A stretch of DNA of 64,000 nt from Squalus acanthias (lineage: Eukaryota), in assembly GCA_030390025.1 (NCBI GenBank), contig CM059432.1, forward strand, positions 24,492,001 to 24,556,000, written 5' to 3'. Below the pieces are notes generated by a model. The model searched no databases. It saw nothing but the letters and a program-made list of their open reading frames with translations, and had not been told where the DNA came from. A program made the translations under genes and the position numbers. Positions 11,520 through 22,716 of this stretch are shown here, one piece after another (the stretch's first letter is position 1; every line of letters starts with the position of its first letter).

Positions 11520-14500
11520 ACAAAGTTAAAAGCTCTATATCTGAATGCACGCAGCATTCGTAACAAGATAGATAAGTTGTCAGCACAAATAGATACAAAT
11601 GGGTATGATCTGATCGCCATTACGTGGTTGCAAGGTGATCAGGGCTGGGAACTGAATATTCCAGGGTATTTGACAAATCGGAAGGATAGACAGAAAGGAA
11701 AGGGAGGTGGGGTGGCTTTGTTGGTAAAGTATAGGATCAGTACAGTGGTGAGAAGAGATATTGGCTCAGAAGATCAAGATGTAGAATCGGTTTTGGTGGA
11801 GATAAAAAATAATAAAGGGAAAAAGTCTCTGGTGGGCTTAGTCTACAGGCCGCTGAACATTAGCAATACTGTTGGACAGAGTATAAATCAGCAAATAATG
11901 GAGGCCTGTAAAAAGGTACGGTAATAATCATGGGTGATTTTAATCTCCATATTGATTGGACAAATCAAATTGGCCATGGTAGCCTTGAGGAGGAGTTCAT
12001 AGAGTGCATCCGGATGGTTTCCTAGAACAGTATGTAATGGAACCAATCAGGGAGCAGGCTATCTTGGATCTGGTACTATGTAGTGAGACAGAATTAATAA
12101 ATTACCTCATAGTCTAGGAAAGAGTGATCATAGCATGGTTGAATTTCAAATTCAGTTGGAGGGTGAGAAAGTTGTATCTCAAACCAGTGTCCTGATCTTA
12201 AACAAAGGCAATTACAGTGGCATGAGGTCAGAACTGGCTAAAGTGGACTGGAAAAATAAATTAAAGGGTAAGACAGTTGAAATGCAGTGGCGGACATTTA
12301 AGGAGATATTTCATAACTCTCAACAAAAATATATTCCAGTGAGAAAGAAAGATTTTAAGAGAAGGGAACACCATCCGTGGCTAACTACGGAAGTAAAGGA
12401 TGGTATCAAATTGAAAATGAAGACATACAATGTTGCCAAGATTGGTGGGAGACCAGAGGATTGGGAAATTTTTAAAAACCAGCAAAGGATGACTAAAAAA
12501 ATAATAAAGAGAGAGAAGATGAATTATGAGAGTAAACTGGCAAGAAACATTAAAACAGATAGTAAGAGCTTCTACAGGTATATAAAAAGGAAGAGGGTAG
12601 CTAAAGTAAACGTTGGTCCCTTAGAGGATGAGACTGGGGAATTAATAATGGGAACGGAGAAATGGCAGAGACTCTGAACAAATATTTTGTATCTGTCTTC
12701 ACGGTAGAAGACACTAACAACATCCCAATAATGGATAATCAAGGGGCCACAGGAAGTGGGGAACTAAAGACAATCACTATCACTAAGGAAATAGTACTTG
12801 GTAAAATAATGGGACTAAAAGTTGACAAGTCCCCTGGACCAGATGGCCTGCATCCCAGGGTCTTAAAGGAAGTGGCTGCAGAGATAGTGGATGCATTGGT
12901 TGCAATATATCAAAATTCCCTGGACTCTGGGAGGTCCCAGCGGATTGGAAAACCGCAAATGTAACACCCCTATTTAAGAAAGGAGGGAGACAGAAGGCAG
13001 GAAACTATAGACCAGTTAGCCTAGCATCTGTTGTTGGGAAAATGCTGGAGTCCTTCATTAAGGAAGCAGTAGCAGGGCATTTGGAAAATCATAATGCAGT
13101 CAAGCAGAGTCAGCATGGTTTTATGAAAGGGAAATCATGTTTAACAAACTTGCTGGAGTTCTTTGAGGAGGTAACGAGCAGGGTGGACCAAGGTGAACCA
13201 GTGGATGTGGTGTATTTAGATTTCCAGAAGGAATTCGATAAAGTGCCACATAAAAGGTTACTGCATAAGATAAGAGCTCACGGAATTGGGGGTAATATAA
13301 TAGCATGGATAGAGAATTGGCTAACTAACAGAAAGCAGAGAGTCGGGATAAATGGGTCATTTTCCGGTTGGCAAACGGTAACTAGTGGGGTGCCACAGGG
13401 ATCGGTGCTAGGGCCTCAACTATTTACAATTTACATTAATGACTTGGATGATGGGACCGAGTGTAATGTAGCCAAGTTTGCGGATGATACAAAGATGGGT
13501 GGGAAAGCAAGTTGTGCAGAGGACTCAAAGAACCTACAAAGGGATATAGACAGGTTAAGGCCCTGTGGGTGGCGGAGCGGGCCCAGGGGCCGAGTGGCCT
13601 GGTCCTGCTCCTACTTCTTGTGTTCTTTAGAGTTGAGGTTGGATCAGATCAGCCATGATCAGTTTGAATAGCGGAGCAGGCTCGAGGGGCCGATTGGTCT
13701 ACTCCTGCTCCTATTTCTTATGTTCTTATGTTCTTATGTTAAGTGAGTGGGCAAACATTTGGCAGATGGAGTATAATGTGGGAAAGTGCGAGGTTATCCA
13801 CTTTGGCAGGAAAAATAAAAAAGCAAATGATTATTTAAATGGAGAGAGATTACAAAATGCTACAGTTCAGAGGGACCTGGGGGTCCTTGTGCATGAAACA
13901 CAAAAAGTTACAATGCAAGTACAGCAAGTAATTAAAAAGGCAAATGGAATGTTGGCCTTTATTTCAAAGGGGTTGGAGTATAAAAGCAGGGAAGTCCTGC
14001 TACAACTGTACAGGGTATTGGTGAGATCACACCTTGAGTACTGCGTACAGTTTTGATCTCCTTATTTAAGGAAGGATATACTTGCACTGGAGGCAGTTCA
14101 GAGATGATTCACTAGGTTAATTCCAGAGATGAGGGGGTTGACTTATGAGGAAAGGTTGAGCAGGCTGGGCCTATACTCATTGGAATTTAGAAGAATGAGA
14201 GGTGATCTTATTGAAACATATAAGATACTGAGGGGACACGACAAGGTAAATGCAGAGAGGATGTTTCCCCTTGTGGGGAAATCTAGAACGCGGGGGCACA
14301 GTTTTAGAATAAAGGGTCGCCCTTTTAGAACTGAGATGAGGAGGAATTTCTTCTCTCAGAGGGTCGTAAATCTGTGGAATTCTCTGCCCCAGAGAGCTGT
14401 GGAGGCTGGGTCATTAAATACATTTAAGGTGGAGATAGACAAATTTTTGCAAGATAAGGGAGTGAAGGGTTATGGGGAGTGGGTGGGGAAGTGGCTTTGA
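11520..14500 (+). pseudogene. CR1 ORF2 (APE endonuclease + reverse transcriptase), disrupted
   Basis: [25 protein letters not shown] and FADD motifs spread over several frames. Confidence 0.92.
13560..13737 (+). mobile_element. Two tandem CR1 3'-tail-only insertions inside the RT domain
   Basis: Two 3' UTR hairpin+tail units; target duplication gttaag at 13554-13559 and 13738-13743. Confidence 0.8.
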
Positions 14501-15207
14501 GCCCAAGATCAGCCATGATCTTATTGAATGGCGGAGCAGGCTCGAGGGGCCAAGTGGCCTATTCCTGCTCCTATTTCTTATGTTCTAACATAGTTCTGCC
14601 CCGCCCCCTCACCCCCCATGCAAAAGACCAGAGAACGGAAGTTCCCTGCATTTACGCCAGTTCTGCACGGTTATAAATGATCGCCTAACATTTTAGACAC
14701 AGCAGGTCCCAAACTCTATTTCTGCTGTTATAAAGCATTTTTAAGCAATTTTCTTTGCACTGTATTTCCTATATCTTTGAATGCTTTATTATGGCCTTAG
14801 AATTTGTTGCAATAAAAAGAATAAAGCTTCCAAAATTGCATTTTCTTATACATGCTGTGCCTAATGTGCATTAATGATAGTTCGATGGCTTCATTCTTTA
14901 ATTTTCATACATAAAGAAGGAATATGTCATATATTTCAGGTTTTCCTCAGGCTCGATTGTTTACTCTGATCTCTGCTTGTTTTACACCATTTTTTTGCGT
15001 TCTGACAAATGTAAATGCGATTCTCAGGAAATATCAGCGTAAGTTGCTGTCGGCAATATCGGAGTAGAAACCAGCGTAAATTTCAGCATTTTGGTGTAAG
15101 TTGGATTGAGGTGCAGTCGATATGTCAAAATTAAGAATGCTTCTGTTGATGCCAACAATTTACAAATTTGTTGAATATGAAACTAAGCACCAATTATACA
15201 TGTAGAT

Positions 15208-15660
15208 GGAAAGAAAGACTTGCATTTATATAGCGCCTGTCACGACCACCGGACATCTCAAAGCGCTTTACAGCCAATGAAGTACTTTTGAAGTGGAGTC
15301 ACTGTTGTAATGTGGGAAATGCGGCAGCCAATTTGCGCACAGCAAGGTCCCACAAACAGCAATGTGATAATGACCAGACAATCTGATTTTTTGTTATGTT
15401 GATTGAGGGATAAATATTGGCCAGGACACCGGGGATAACTCCCCTGCTCTTCTTAGAAATAGTGCCATGGGATCTTTTACGTCCACCTGAGAGAGAGCAG
15501 CTGGGCCTCGGTTTAACGTCTCATCCGAAAGACGACACCTCTGACAGTGCAGCACTCCCTTAGCACTGCACTGGAGTGTCAGCCTAGATTTACATGCTCA
15601 AGTCCACAACCTTCTGACTCAGAGGCGAGTGTGCTACCCACTGAGCCACAGCTGACACTG
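15208..15660 (-). mobile_element. tRNA-derived DeuSINE-like SINE with L2-type tail
   Basis: Deu-like core (gcaggggagtt..cctggccaatatttatccctcaa), tRNA-like head, tail ggcgctatataaatgcaagtcttt. Confidence 0.75.
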
Positions 15661-16034
15661 CACTGGAAGGGAGGCTTTTGGCTCACCAATGATTTTTATT
15701 ATCCTATTTGAATTTAGATATCTCAGTGGTAACAGCCTTACTTACATGAAGCCTCATTTACCCACAGTGGGACAGTGAGACAGATGGAACCAAGTATGTT
15801 CCATTATTGCCTTCAGTACTGTCCTGTGATTAGCTGAGATCCTAGTAAAATCATCGAATATTACAGCACAGTAACAGACTATTTGGCACAGTAAGTCTTT
15901 GCTGGTGCTATTCTTCACATGAATCACCCAATCCAATCCCACTCTCCTGATTGCTTCCCATACCCTTTCATGATCCTCTTTTTAGGCAACTATCTAATTT
16001 ATTTTTAAAAGAATTTTTATGGACATAGCTTCGA

Positions 16035-16328
16035 CCGTTAAACCTTGGCCTGTCTGCCCTCTCGAGTGGATATAAAAAAAATGCCACTATTTCAAAGAAA
16101 GCAGGGGAGTTCTCTCCGGTATCCTGGCTAATATTTATCCCTCAACCAACATCTAAAAAACAGATTAACTGGTCACATATCTCATTGCTGTTTGTGGGAG
16201 CTTGCTGCATGCAAATTGATTGCCACCTTTCCTACATTACAACAATGACAACACTTCAAAAGTACTTCGTTGGCTGTGAAACGCTTTGCGACATCCTGAG
16301 GTCATGAAAGGCGCTATATAAATGCAAA
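16035..16328 (+). mobile_element. Partial DeuSINE-like SINE
   Basis: Homologous to 15208-15530 in the opposite orientation. Confidence 0.75.
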
Positions 16329-16330
16329 TC

Positions 16331-16795
16331 AGTACTTAAAACAGCGGGACCAGGACTTAATACAGCGGGAGATATAATCAGCAGCGTGGAGCTAATTGGA
16401 GATGGTATCAGCGGCAGCAGTACTTAATACAGCGGGAGACCAGGCAGCGCGGACCTAATTGGAGGTGGTATCAGTGGCGCCGGTACTTAAAACAGCGGGA
16501 GACAGGGCAGTGCGGACCTAATTGGAGGTGGTATCAGTGGCGCCGGTACTTAAAATAGCGGGAGACAGGGCAGTGCGGACCTAATTGGAGGCGGTATCAG
16601 TGGCGCCGGTACTTAAAACAGCGGGAGACCAGGCAGCGCGGACCTAATTGGAGGCAGTATCAGTGGCGCCGGTACTTAAAACAGCGGGAGACAGGGCAGC
16701 GCGGACCTAATTGGAGGTGGTATTAGTGGCAGCGGTACTTAAAACAGCGGGAGACAGGGCAGCACGGACCTAATTGGAGCTGGTATCAGCGGCGC
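16331..16795 (+). repeat. 63-bp tandem repeat, ~7 copies, in CR1 5' UTR
   Basis: Period measured from 16501 to 16564; unit tacttaaaacagcgggagacagggcagcgcggacctaattggaggtggtatcagtggcgccgg. Confidence 0.95.
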
Positions 16796-19029
16796 CCGAA
16801 CCTTCGATGATTTCCAAAAAAACAAGGAGCGATGTCACAGGACAGCCAGGTAGGTGATTGGTTGGTGAGTATTAAGGTTTTTTTTTCCTCTCTTTTCTCT
16901 CTAACCTGGGACAGTGCTTTAAACTAGGTGCAGGAAACTACAAAGTACTGTATTAAATTTATAGCTTAACTAGTTAAACTAATGAATATAATTGAACAAA
17001 GACTTTAACTAATTAAATAAATAAAATAAGGCTAGACTAAGATATGGCAGGGCAGGTTGTGTGTCTGGACTGCAGTATGTGGGAGTTTGTGGACAGCGAT
17101 ACTGTCCCGAGCGAACACGTCTGCAGGAGATGTCTCCATCTCGAATCTCTCCGGCTCAGAGTCATTGAGCTGGAGTGTGAGTTGGAGACACTCCGACACA
17201 TAAGGGAGGGGGAGGAATTTCTGGACAGTTTTATCGAGAATGCAGGCACACCCCAGAGGAAAGCACAGGTTCAGGAAGGGGAAGGTGTGACTGCTTGGGA
17301 GCTGGGTTGTGGGGATTTAGGAGAGGTTGAGAAGGAGGTCCTGCAGACACTGGTCCTGTCCAACAGGTATAAAGTACTCGCTACCTGTGAGGACAAGGAG
17401 AAAGACTGCAGGGAGGACAGCCACAATGCAGACCAAGGCACCGTGGCTCAGAAGGCTGTCCAATGGGGGGAAGAACAGAATAGAAATGTGGTAGTGATAG
17501 GGACTCTATAATTAGGGGGATAGATAGCATCCTCTGCAGCCAAGAATGAGAATCCTGAAGGGTAAAGGATATCTCACGGTGGCTGGAGAGGAACTTGGAA
17601 AGGTAGGGGGTAAATCCAGTTGTAGTGGTCCCTGTTGGAACAAACAACATTGGTAGGAACAGGGAGGAGGTCCTGCTGAAAGTGTATCAGGAGTTAGGCT
17701 CTAAATTAAAAAGCAGGACCTCAAGGGTAATAAATTCTGGATTATTGCCCGAGCCATGTGCAAATTGGCATAGAAGCAGACAGATCAGGAGAATTAACAC
17801 ATGGCTAAGGGGCTGGTGTGGGAAAGAGGAGTTCCTTTTCATGGGACACTGGCACCAGTTCTGGGACAGGAAGGAGCTGTACTGATTGGATGGGCTCCAC
17901 CTGAACCGGGATGGGACACGTGCCCTAGTGGAAAGGGTAAAAAGGGAGGTGGCAAAGGCTTTAAACTAGTAAGATGGAGGGAGGGATCTACAAGAAATGT
18001 AACCAGCCTAATTATAAACAAAACAGGAAAAGAAAACATAGGAAAGAATAAAGTAAGGGAGGACATTGATGGCAAGAGAATAAACAGAGTTATAGAACAG
18101 GAGTCTAAAAAGACGGTTAAATATAAAGCGAGAGGAAATCCTATTAAAAATTAGTTAAACTGTTTGTACAGCAATGCACACAGTGTTCGTAATAAAACAG
18201 GGGAGCTGCAGGCAATCATGCGTTGCGAGGAACCAGACATAGTGGGGATTACTGAGACATGGCTACAGAAAAATCAGACTGGGAATTAAACATTGCAGGG
18301 TATAACATATTTAGAAAAGATAGAGAGAGAGAAAGGGGAGGTGGAGTAGCTGTACCTTTTCGGGATAACATAATAGCAGTAGAAAAAAGTGACGCAGCTA
18401 TCAGCAAGAAAAAAATAGAATCCATATGGATAGAGATAAAAGATAATAAAGGATCAATTACACTAGTAGGCGTAGTCCTACAGACCACCTAATAGTGAAA
18501 GGGAGGTGGAGGAAGAAATATGCAGACAAATTAGGGAAATGAGTAAAAAGCATAGAATAATAATCATGGGGGATTTCAGTTACCCCGCTATTAATTGGAC
18601 AGAAGAGGTAGGTAAAGGGGATAAGGGAATGGAGTTCCTACAAGTGTACAGGACTCCTTTCTAACCCAATATGTAAAATGCCTAACAAGGGAGGATTCGC
18701 TATTGGATCTGATAATGGGGAATGAACCAGAGCAGATAAGAGAAGTAAAAGTAGTGGAACATCGAGGCAATAGTGACCATAATATAATACACTTTAAGAT
18801 GATAATTGATAAGAATATAAGTATGACGAAAACCAGGGTAATAGATTGGAGAAACACTGATTTTGAGAGGCTGAGAATAGAACTTGGGAAAATAAAATGG
18901 GCAACAATATTAGCAAACAACAATGTAGAACAGCAATGGGAAACATTTAAAACGGTGTTCAACAGAGTGCAGGAACAATATATTCTGCTAAAAGGAAAGA
19001 ACAAGCTAAACCCTACTGAGACTCCATGG

Positions 19030-19105
19030 ATGATCTTATTGAATGGCGGAGCAGGCTCGAGGGGCCGAATGGCCTACTCCTGCTCCTATTTCTTATGTTC
19101 TTATG
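19030..19105 (+). mobile_element. CR1 3'-tail-only insertion replacing a short part of host ORF2
   Basis: gatcttattgaatggcggagcaggctcgaggggccgaatggcctactcctgctcctatttcttatgttcttatg in mid-ORF2; atga at both junctions. Confidence 0.8.
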
Positions 19106-20512
19106 AAAGAGGCATACATTAAGTACATAGACAGCAGGGGAGTGCATGATAAGGGAGAATATGAAAAGATTAGGAGAGAATTCAAAAACAATTAGGAAGG
19201 CAAAGAGGAACTATGAAATTAAATTATCAAGGAACATAAAACAAAATAATAAAATATTTTACAGCCACATCAATAAAAAAAGGAAGGTTGGGATGGGAAT
19301 CGGGCCATTAATAGATAGACAGGATAATACCACAGGTAATGATAGAGAGATGGCAGATATATCAAATAATTATTTTGCTTCAGTATTTACCAGGGAGATA
19401 GAACAGGTGGACATGACATTGGATGATGAGATTAGTAATGAGATAAGTGCATTTAAAATAAAAAGAGGATATATTAAATAAACTAATGAAACTCAAAGAG
19501 GATAAAACCCCTGGTGCAAATGGATTGCAGCCATGCATTTTAAAAGAATCGAGGGAAGATATAGCAGAGGCATTACTACACATATTTAATAATACGTTAG
19601 AAAAAGGTGCAGTTCCAGAGGATTGGCGGATAGCTAACATAATATCTATATATAAGAAGGGGGATAGAACATGTCCAGGGAATTATAGACCAGTTAGCTT
19701 AACATCAGTGGTAGGAAAAATAATGGAATCCCTACTAAAGGAGAAAATAGAAGAACATCTAGAAACCAAAAATATAATAATGAATAGTCAGCATGGATTT
19801 CAAAAGAGGAGGTCTTGCTTGACCAATCTCATTGAATTTTTTGAAGAGGTAACAAAGAGAGTAGACAATGATAATGCAGTAGATGTAATTTATCTAGATT
19901 TTTAAAAGGCCTTCGATAAGGTACCCCATAATAGACTGATGAACATGGTCAGAGAATGCGGAGTCAGGGGACAAGTAGCAGAATGGATTGCTGGCTGGCT
20001 TCAAGACAGAAAGCAGAGAGTGGGGGTAAAAGGTAGCTATTCACAGTGGCAGAAGGTGGGTAGTGGTGTTCCACAAGGATCAGTGCTGGGACCACTGTTA
20101 TTCATAATTTAGACTTTGGAATCAAAAACACAATTTCTAAATTTGCGGATGACACCAAATTGGGCAGGATAGTCAATACTGAGGAGGCCTGCAACAACTT
20201 ACAGGAGGACATTAATAAACTTGCAGAATGGTCATATAATTGGCAAATGAAGTTCAACACAGATAAATGTGAGGTATTACATTTTGGTAGGAAGAATAGG
20301 GAGGTCACTTATTACTTGGAGGGTGCGAGTCTACATGGGGTAGAGGAACAAAGGGATCTCAGAGTACAAATGCTCAAATCACTAAAAGTTGCGACACAGG
20401 TTAGCAAGGTCATAAAAAAAGCATGATGTGGAGATGCCGGCGTTGGACTGGGGTGGACAAAAATGAGAAGTCGCACAACACCAGGTTATAGTCCAACAGA
20501 TTTATTTAATTT

Positions 20513-20549
20513 TACAAGCTTTCGGAGCTTTTCGCTCCTTCCTCAGGTA
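20513..20549 (-). ncRNA. Minimal hammerhead ribozyme motif (copy on the inverted PLE arm)
   Basis: Reverse complement of 22438-22474. Confidence 0.7.
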
Positions 20550-20787
20550 GGTTAGCAGTGAGAGAATCTCCCAGAATTCACAATTTAAACACAGACAAAA
20601 TCTATTCAAATCTTTCCCTACATCAAAGACACACTAAGAGCACAGCCAAGACAATGAGATGTGTCCCAGGGGGTCCAACGTGTCAAACCATCTGCTGGCT
20701 GCATACCCTGTCAATTTGTGTTGGTTCTTGTGTTAGTCTTTTTTAAAAAAAAAACAAACACCTGGGAAGACCGGCCATGATGTCAAG

Positions 20788-21214
20788 TCACGTTCTGTAT
20801 CGTGACATGAACCCGATATCGCGATTGAGGCCATCCTCATGAGTGCGGAACTTGGCTATCAGTTTCTGCTCTATGATTTTGCGCTGTCGTGTATCCCGAA
20901 GGCCGCCTTGAAGAACGCTTACCCGCAGATCCGAGGCTGAATGCCCCTGGCTGCTGAAGTGTTCCCCGACTGGGAGGCAACCCTCCTGCCTGGCGATTGT
21001 TGCGCGGTGTCCGTTCATACGTTGTCTCAGTGTCTGCATGGTCTCGCCGATGTACCATGCTCTGGAGCATCCTTTACTGCAACGTATGAGGTAGACAACG
21101 TTGGCCGAGTCACATGAGTATGTACCGTGTACCTGGTGGGTAGTGTCCTCACGTGTGATGATGGTATCTGTGTCCATGATTTGGCATGTCTTGCAGAGGT
21201 TGCCGTGGCAGGGT
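20788..21214 (-). pseudogene. Inverted copy of the PLE GIY-YIG coding end
   Basis: 129-aa minus ORF identical to the C-terminus of the 356-aa ORF except one residue (KII vs KTI). Confidence 0.92.
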
Positions 21215-21218
21215 CGGT

Positions 21219-22197
21219 TTCCTCAGAATCGGTTTCATTCTTGGACACACGAATCTCCATCAAAGACGGACGCCTCAGCACTTCACTCTACCGCAAGCCC
21301 ACGGACAACCTCACGATGCTCCACTTCTCCAGCTTCCACCCTAACCACGTTAAAGAAGCCATCCCCTATGGACAAGCCCTGCGAATACACAGGATCTGCT
21401 CAGACGAGGAGGAACACGATGGACACCTACGGACACTGAAAGATGCCCTCGCAAGAACGGGATATGACGCTCGACTCGTCGATCGACAGTTCCAACGGGC
21501 CACAGCGAAAAACCGCATAGACCTCCTCAGAAGACGAACACGGGACACAACCAACAGAGTACCCTACGTCGTCCAGTACTTCCCCGGAGCGGAAAAACTA
21601 CGCCATGTTCTTCGCAGCCTTCAACATGTCATCGATGACGACGAACACCTTGCTAAGGCCATCCCCACGCCTCCACTACTCGCCTTCAAGCAGCCGCCTA
21701 ACCTCAAAAGTACCATCGTTCGCAGCAGATTACCCATCTTTCAGGAGAACAGCAACCACGACACCACACAACCCTGCCACGGCAACCTCTGCAAGACATG
21801 CCAAATCATGGACACAGATACCATCATCACACGTGAGGACACTACCCACCAGGTACACGGTACATACTCATGTGACTCGGCCAACGTTGTCTACCTCATA
21901 CGTTGCAGTAAAGGATGCTCCAGAGCATGGTACATCGGCGAGACCATGCAGACACTGAGACAACGTATGAACGGACACCGCGCAACAATCGCCAGGCAGG
22001 AGGGTTGCCTCCCAGTCGGGGAACACTTCAGCAGCCAGGGGCATTCAGCCTCGGATCTGCGGGTAAGCGTTCTCCAAGGCGGCCTTCGGGATACACGACA
22101 GCGCAAAACCATAGAGCAGAAACTGATAGCCAAGTTCCGCACTCATGAGGATGGCCTCAATCGCGATATCGGGTTCATGTCACGATACAGAACGTGA
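21219..22197 (+). pseudogene. PLE ORF C-terminal part: RT thumb, Cys linker, GIY-YIG endonuclease (open, but lacks the RT catalytic core)
   Basis: FLDTRISIKDGRLSTSLYRKPTD..FHPNHVKEAIPYGQALRIHRICS; PCHGNLCKTC; VVYLIRC..WYIGET..LRQRMNGH..EQKLIAKF..GLN. Confidence 0.92.
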
Positions 22198-22437
22198 CTT
22201 GACATCATGGCCGGTCTTCCCAGGTGTTTGTTGTTTTTTTTTTAAAAAGACTAACACAAGAACCAACACAAATTGACAGGATATGCAGCCAGCAGGTGGT
22301 TTGACACGTTGGACCCCCTGGGACACATCTCATTGTCTTGGCTGTGCTCTTAGTGTGTCTTTGATGTAGGGAAAGATTTGAATAGATTTTGTCTGTGTTT
22401 AAATTGTGAATTCTGGGAGATTCTCTCACTGCTAACC

Positions 22438-22474
22438 TACCTGAGGAAGGAGCGAAAAGCTCCGAAAGCTTGTA
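22438..22474 (+). ncRNA. Minimal hammerhead ribozyme motif in PLE pLTR
   Basis: tac CTGAGGA a GGAGC gaaaa GCTCC GAAA gc TT gta: catalytic core, 5-bp stem II, 3-bp stem I, palindromic AAGCTT in place of stem III. Confidence 0.7.
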
Positions 22475-22716
22475 AAATTAAATAAATCTGTTGGACTATA
22501 ACCTGGTGTTGTGCGACTTCTCATAAAAAAAGCAAACCAAGCACTAGGGTTTATTTCTAGAGGTATGGAATTGAAAAGTAGGGAAGTTATGCTAAACCAG
22601 TATCGAACCTTGGTTAGACCACACTTAGAGTACTGCGTACAGTTCTGGTCGCCATATTATAAAAAGGATATAGAGGCACTGGAGAGGGTGCAGAGAAGAT
22701 TTACAAGGATGATACC

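Larger units (their letters stand above)
9272..14586 (+). mobile_element. Full-length decayed CR1 LINE with 5' tandem monomer array
   Basis: Array, then 5' UTR, ORF1 (10397-11341), ORF2 (~11520-14500), 3' hairpin and ttcttatgttct tail. Confidence 0.95.
20424..22520. mobile_element. Penelope-like element (Poseidon-type), 5'-truncated, inverted arrangement
   Basis: ~750-bp inverted arms (20463-21214 vs 21771-22524); 14-bp TSD tcataaaaaaagca at 20410-20423 and 22521-22534; GIY-YIG coding sequence on both arms. Confidence 0.95.
16331..22716 (+). mobile_element. Near full-length decayed CR1 LINE (second subfamily), 3'-truncated, hosting a Penelope insertion
   Basis: 5' array; ORF1 17044-17969 (MAGQVVCLDCSMW..); ORF2 fragments ~18155-22716; RT resumes after 22521 (KKANQALGFISRG). 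Confidence 0.92.

Noticed and set aside
14939..15045. Open frame between an AG and a gtaagt donor
   Set aside because: Weak acceptor; region ends in a MITE-like terminus (aaatttcagc); peptide not recognisable
21127..21218. N-terminus of the 356-aa ORF as a genuine start
   Set aside because: It is antisense sequence of the inverted arm read through the junction
20463..22524. Assembly or fold-back read artefact explaining the inverted repeat
   Set aside because: The arms differ at several positions, only one has the tail, a 14-bp TSD brackets the unit, and the host CR1 resumes correctly
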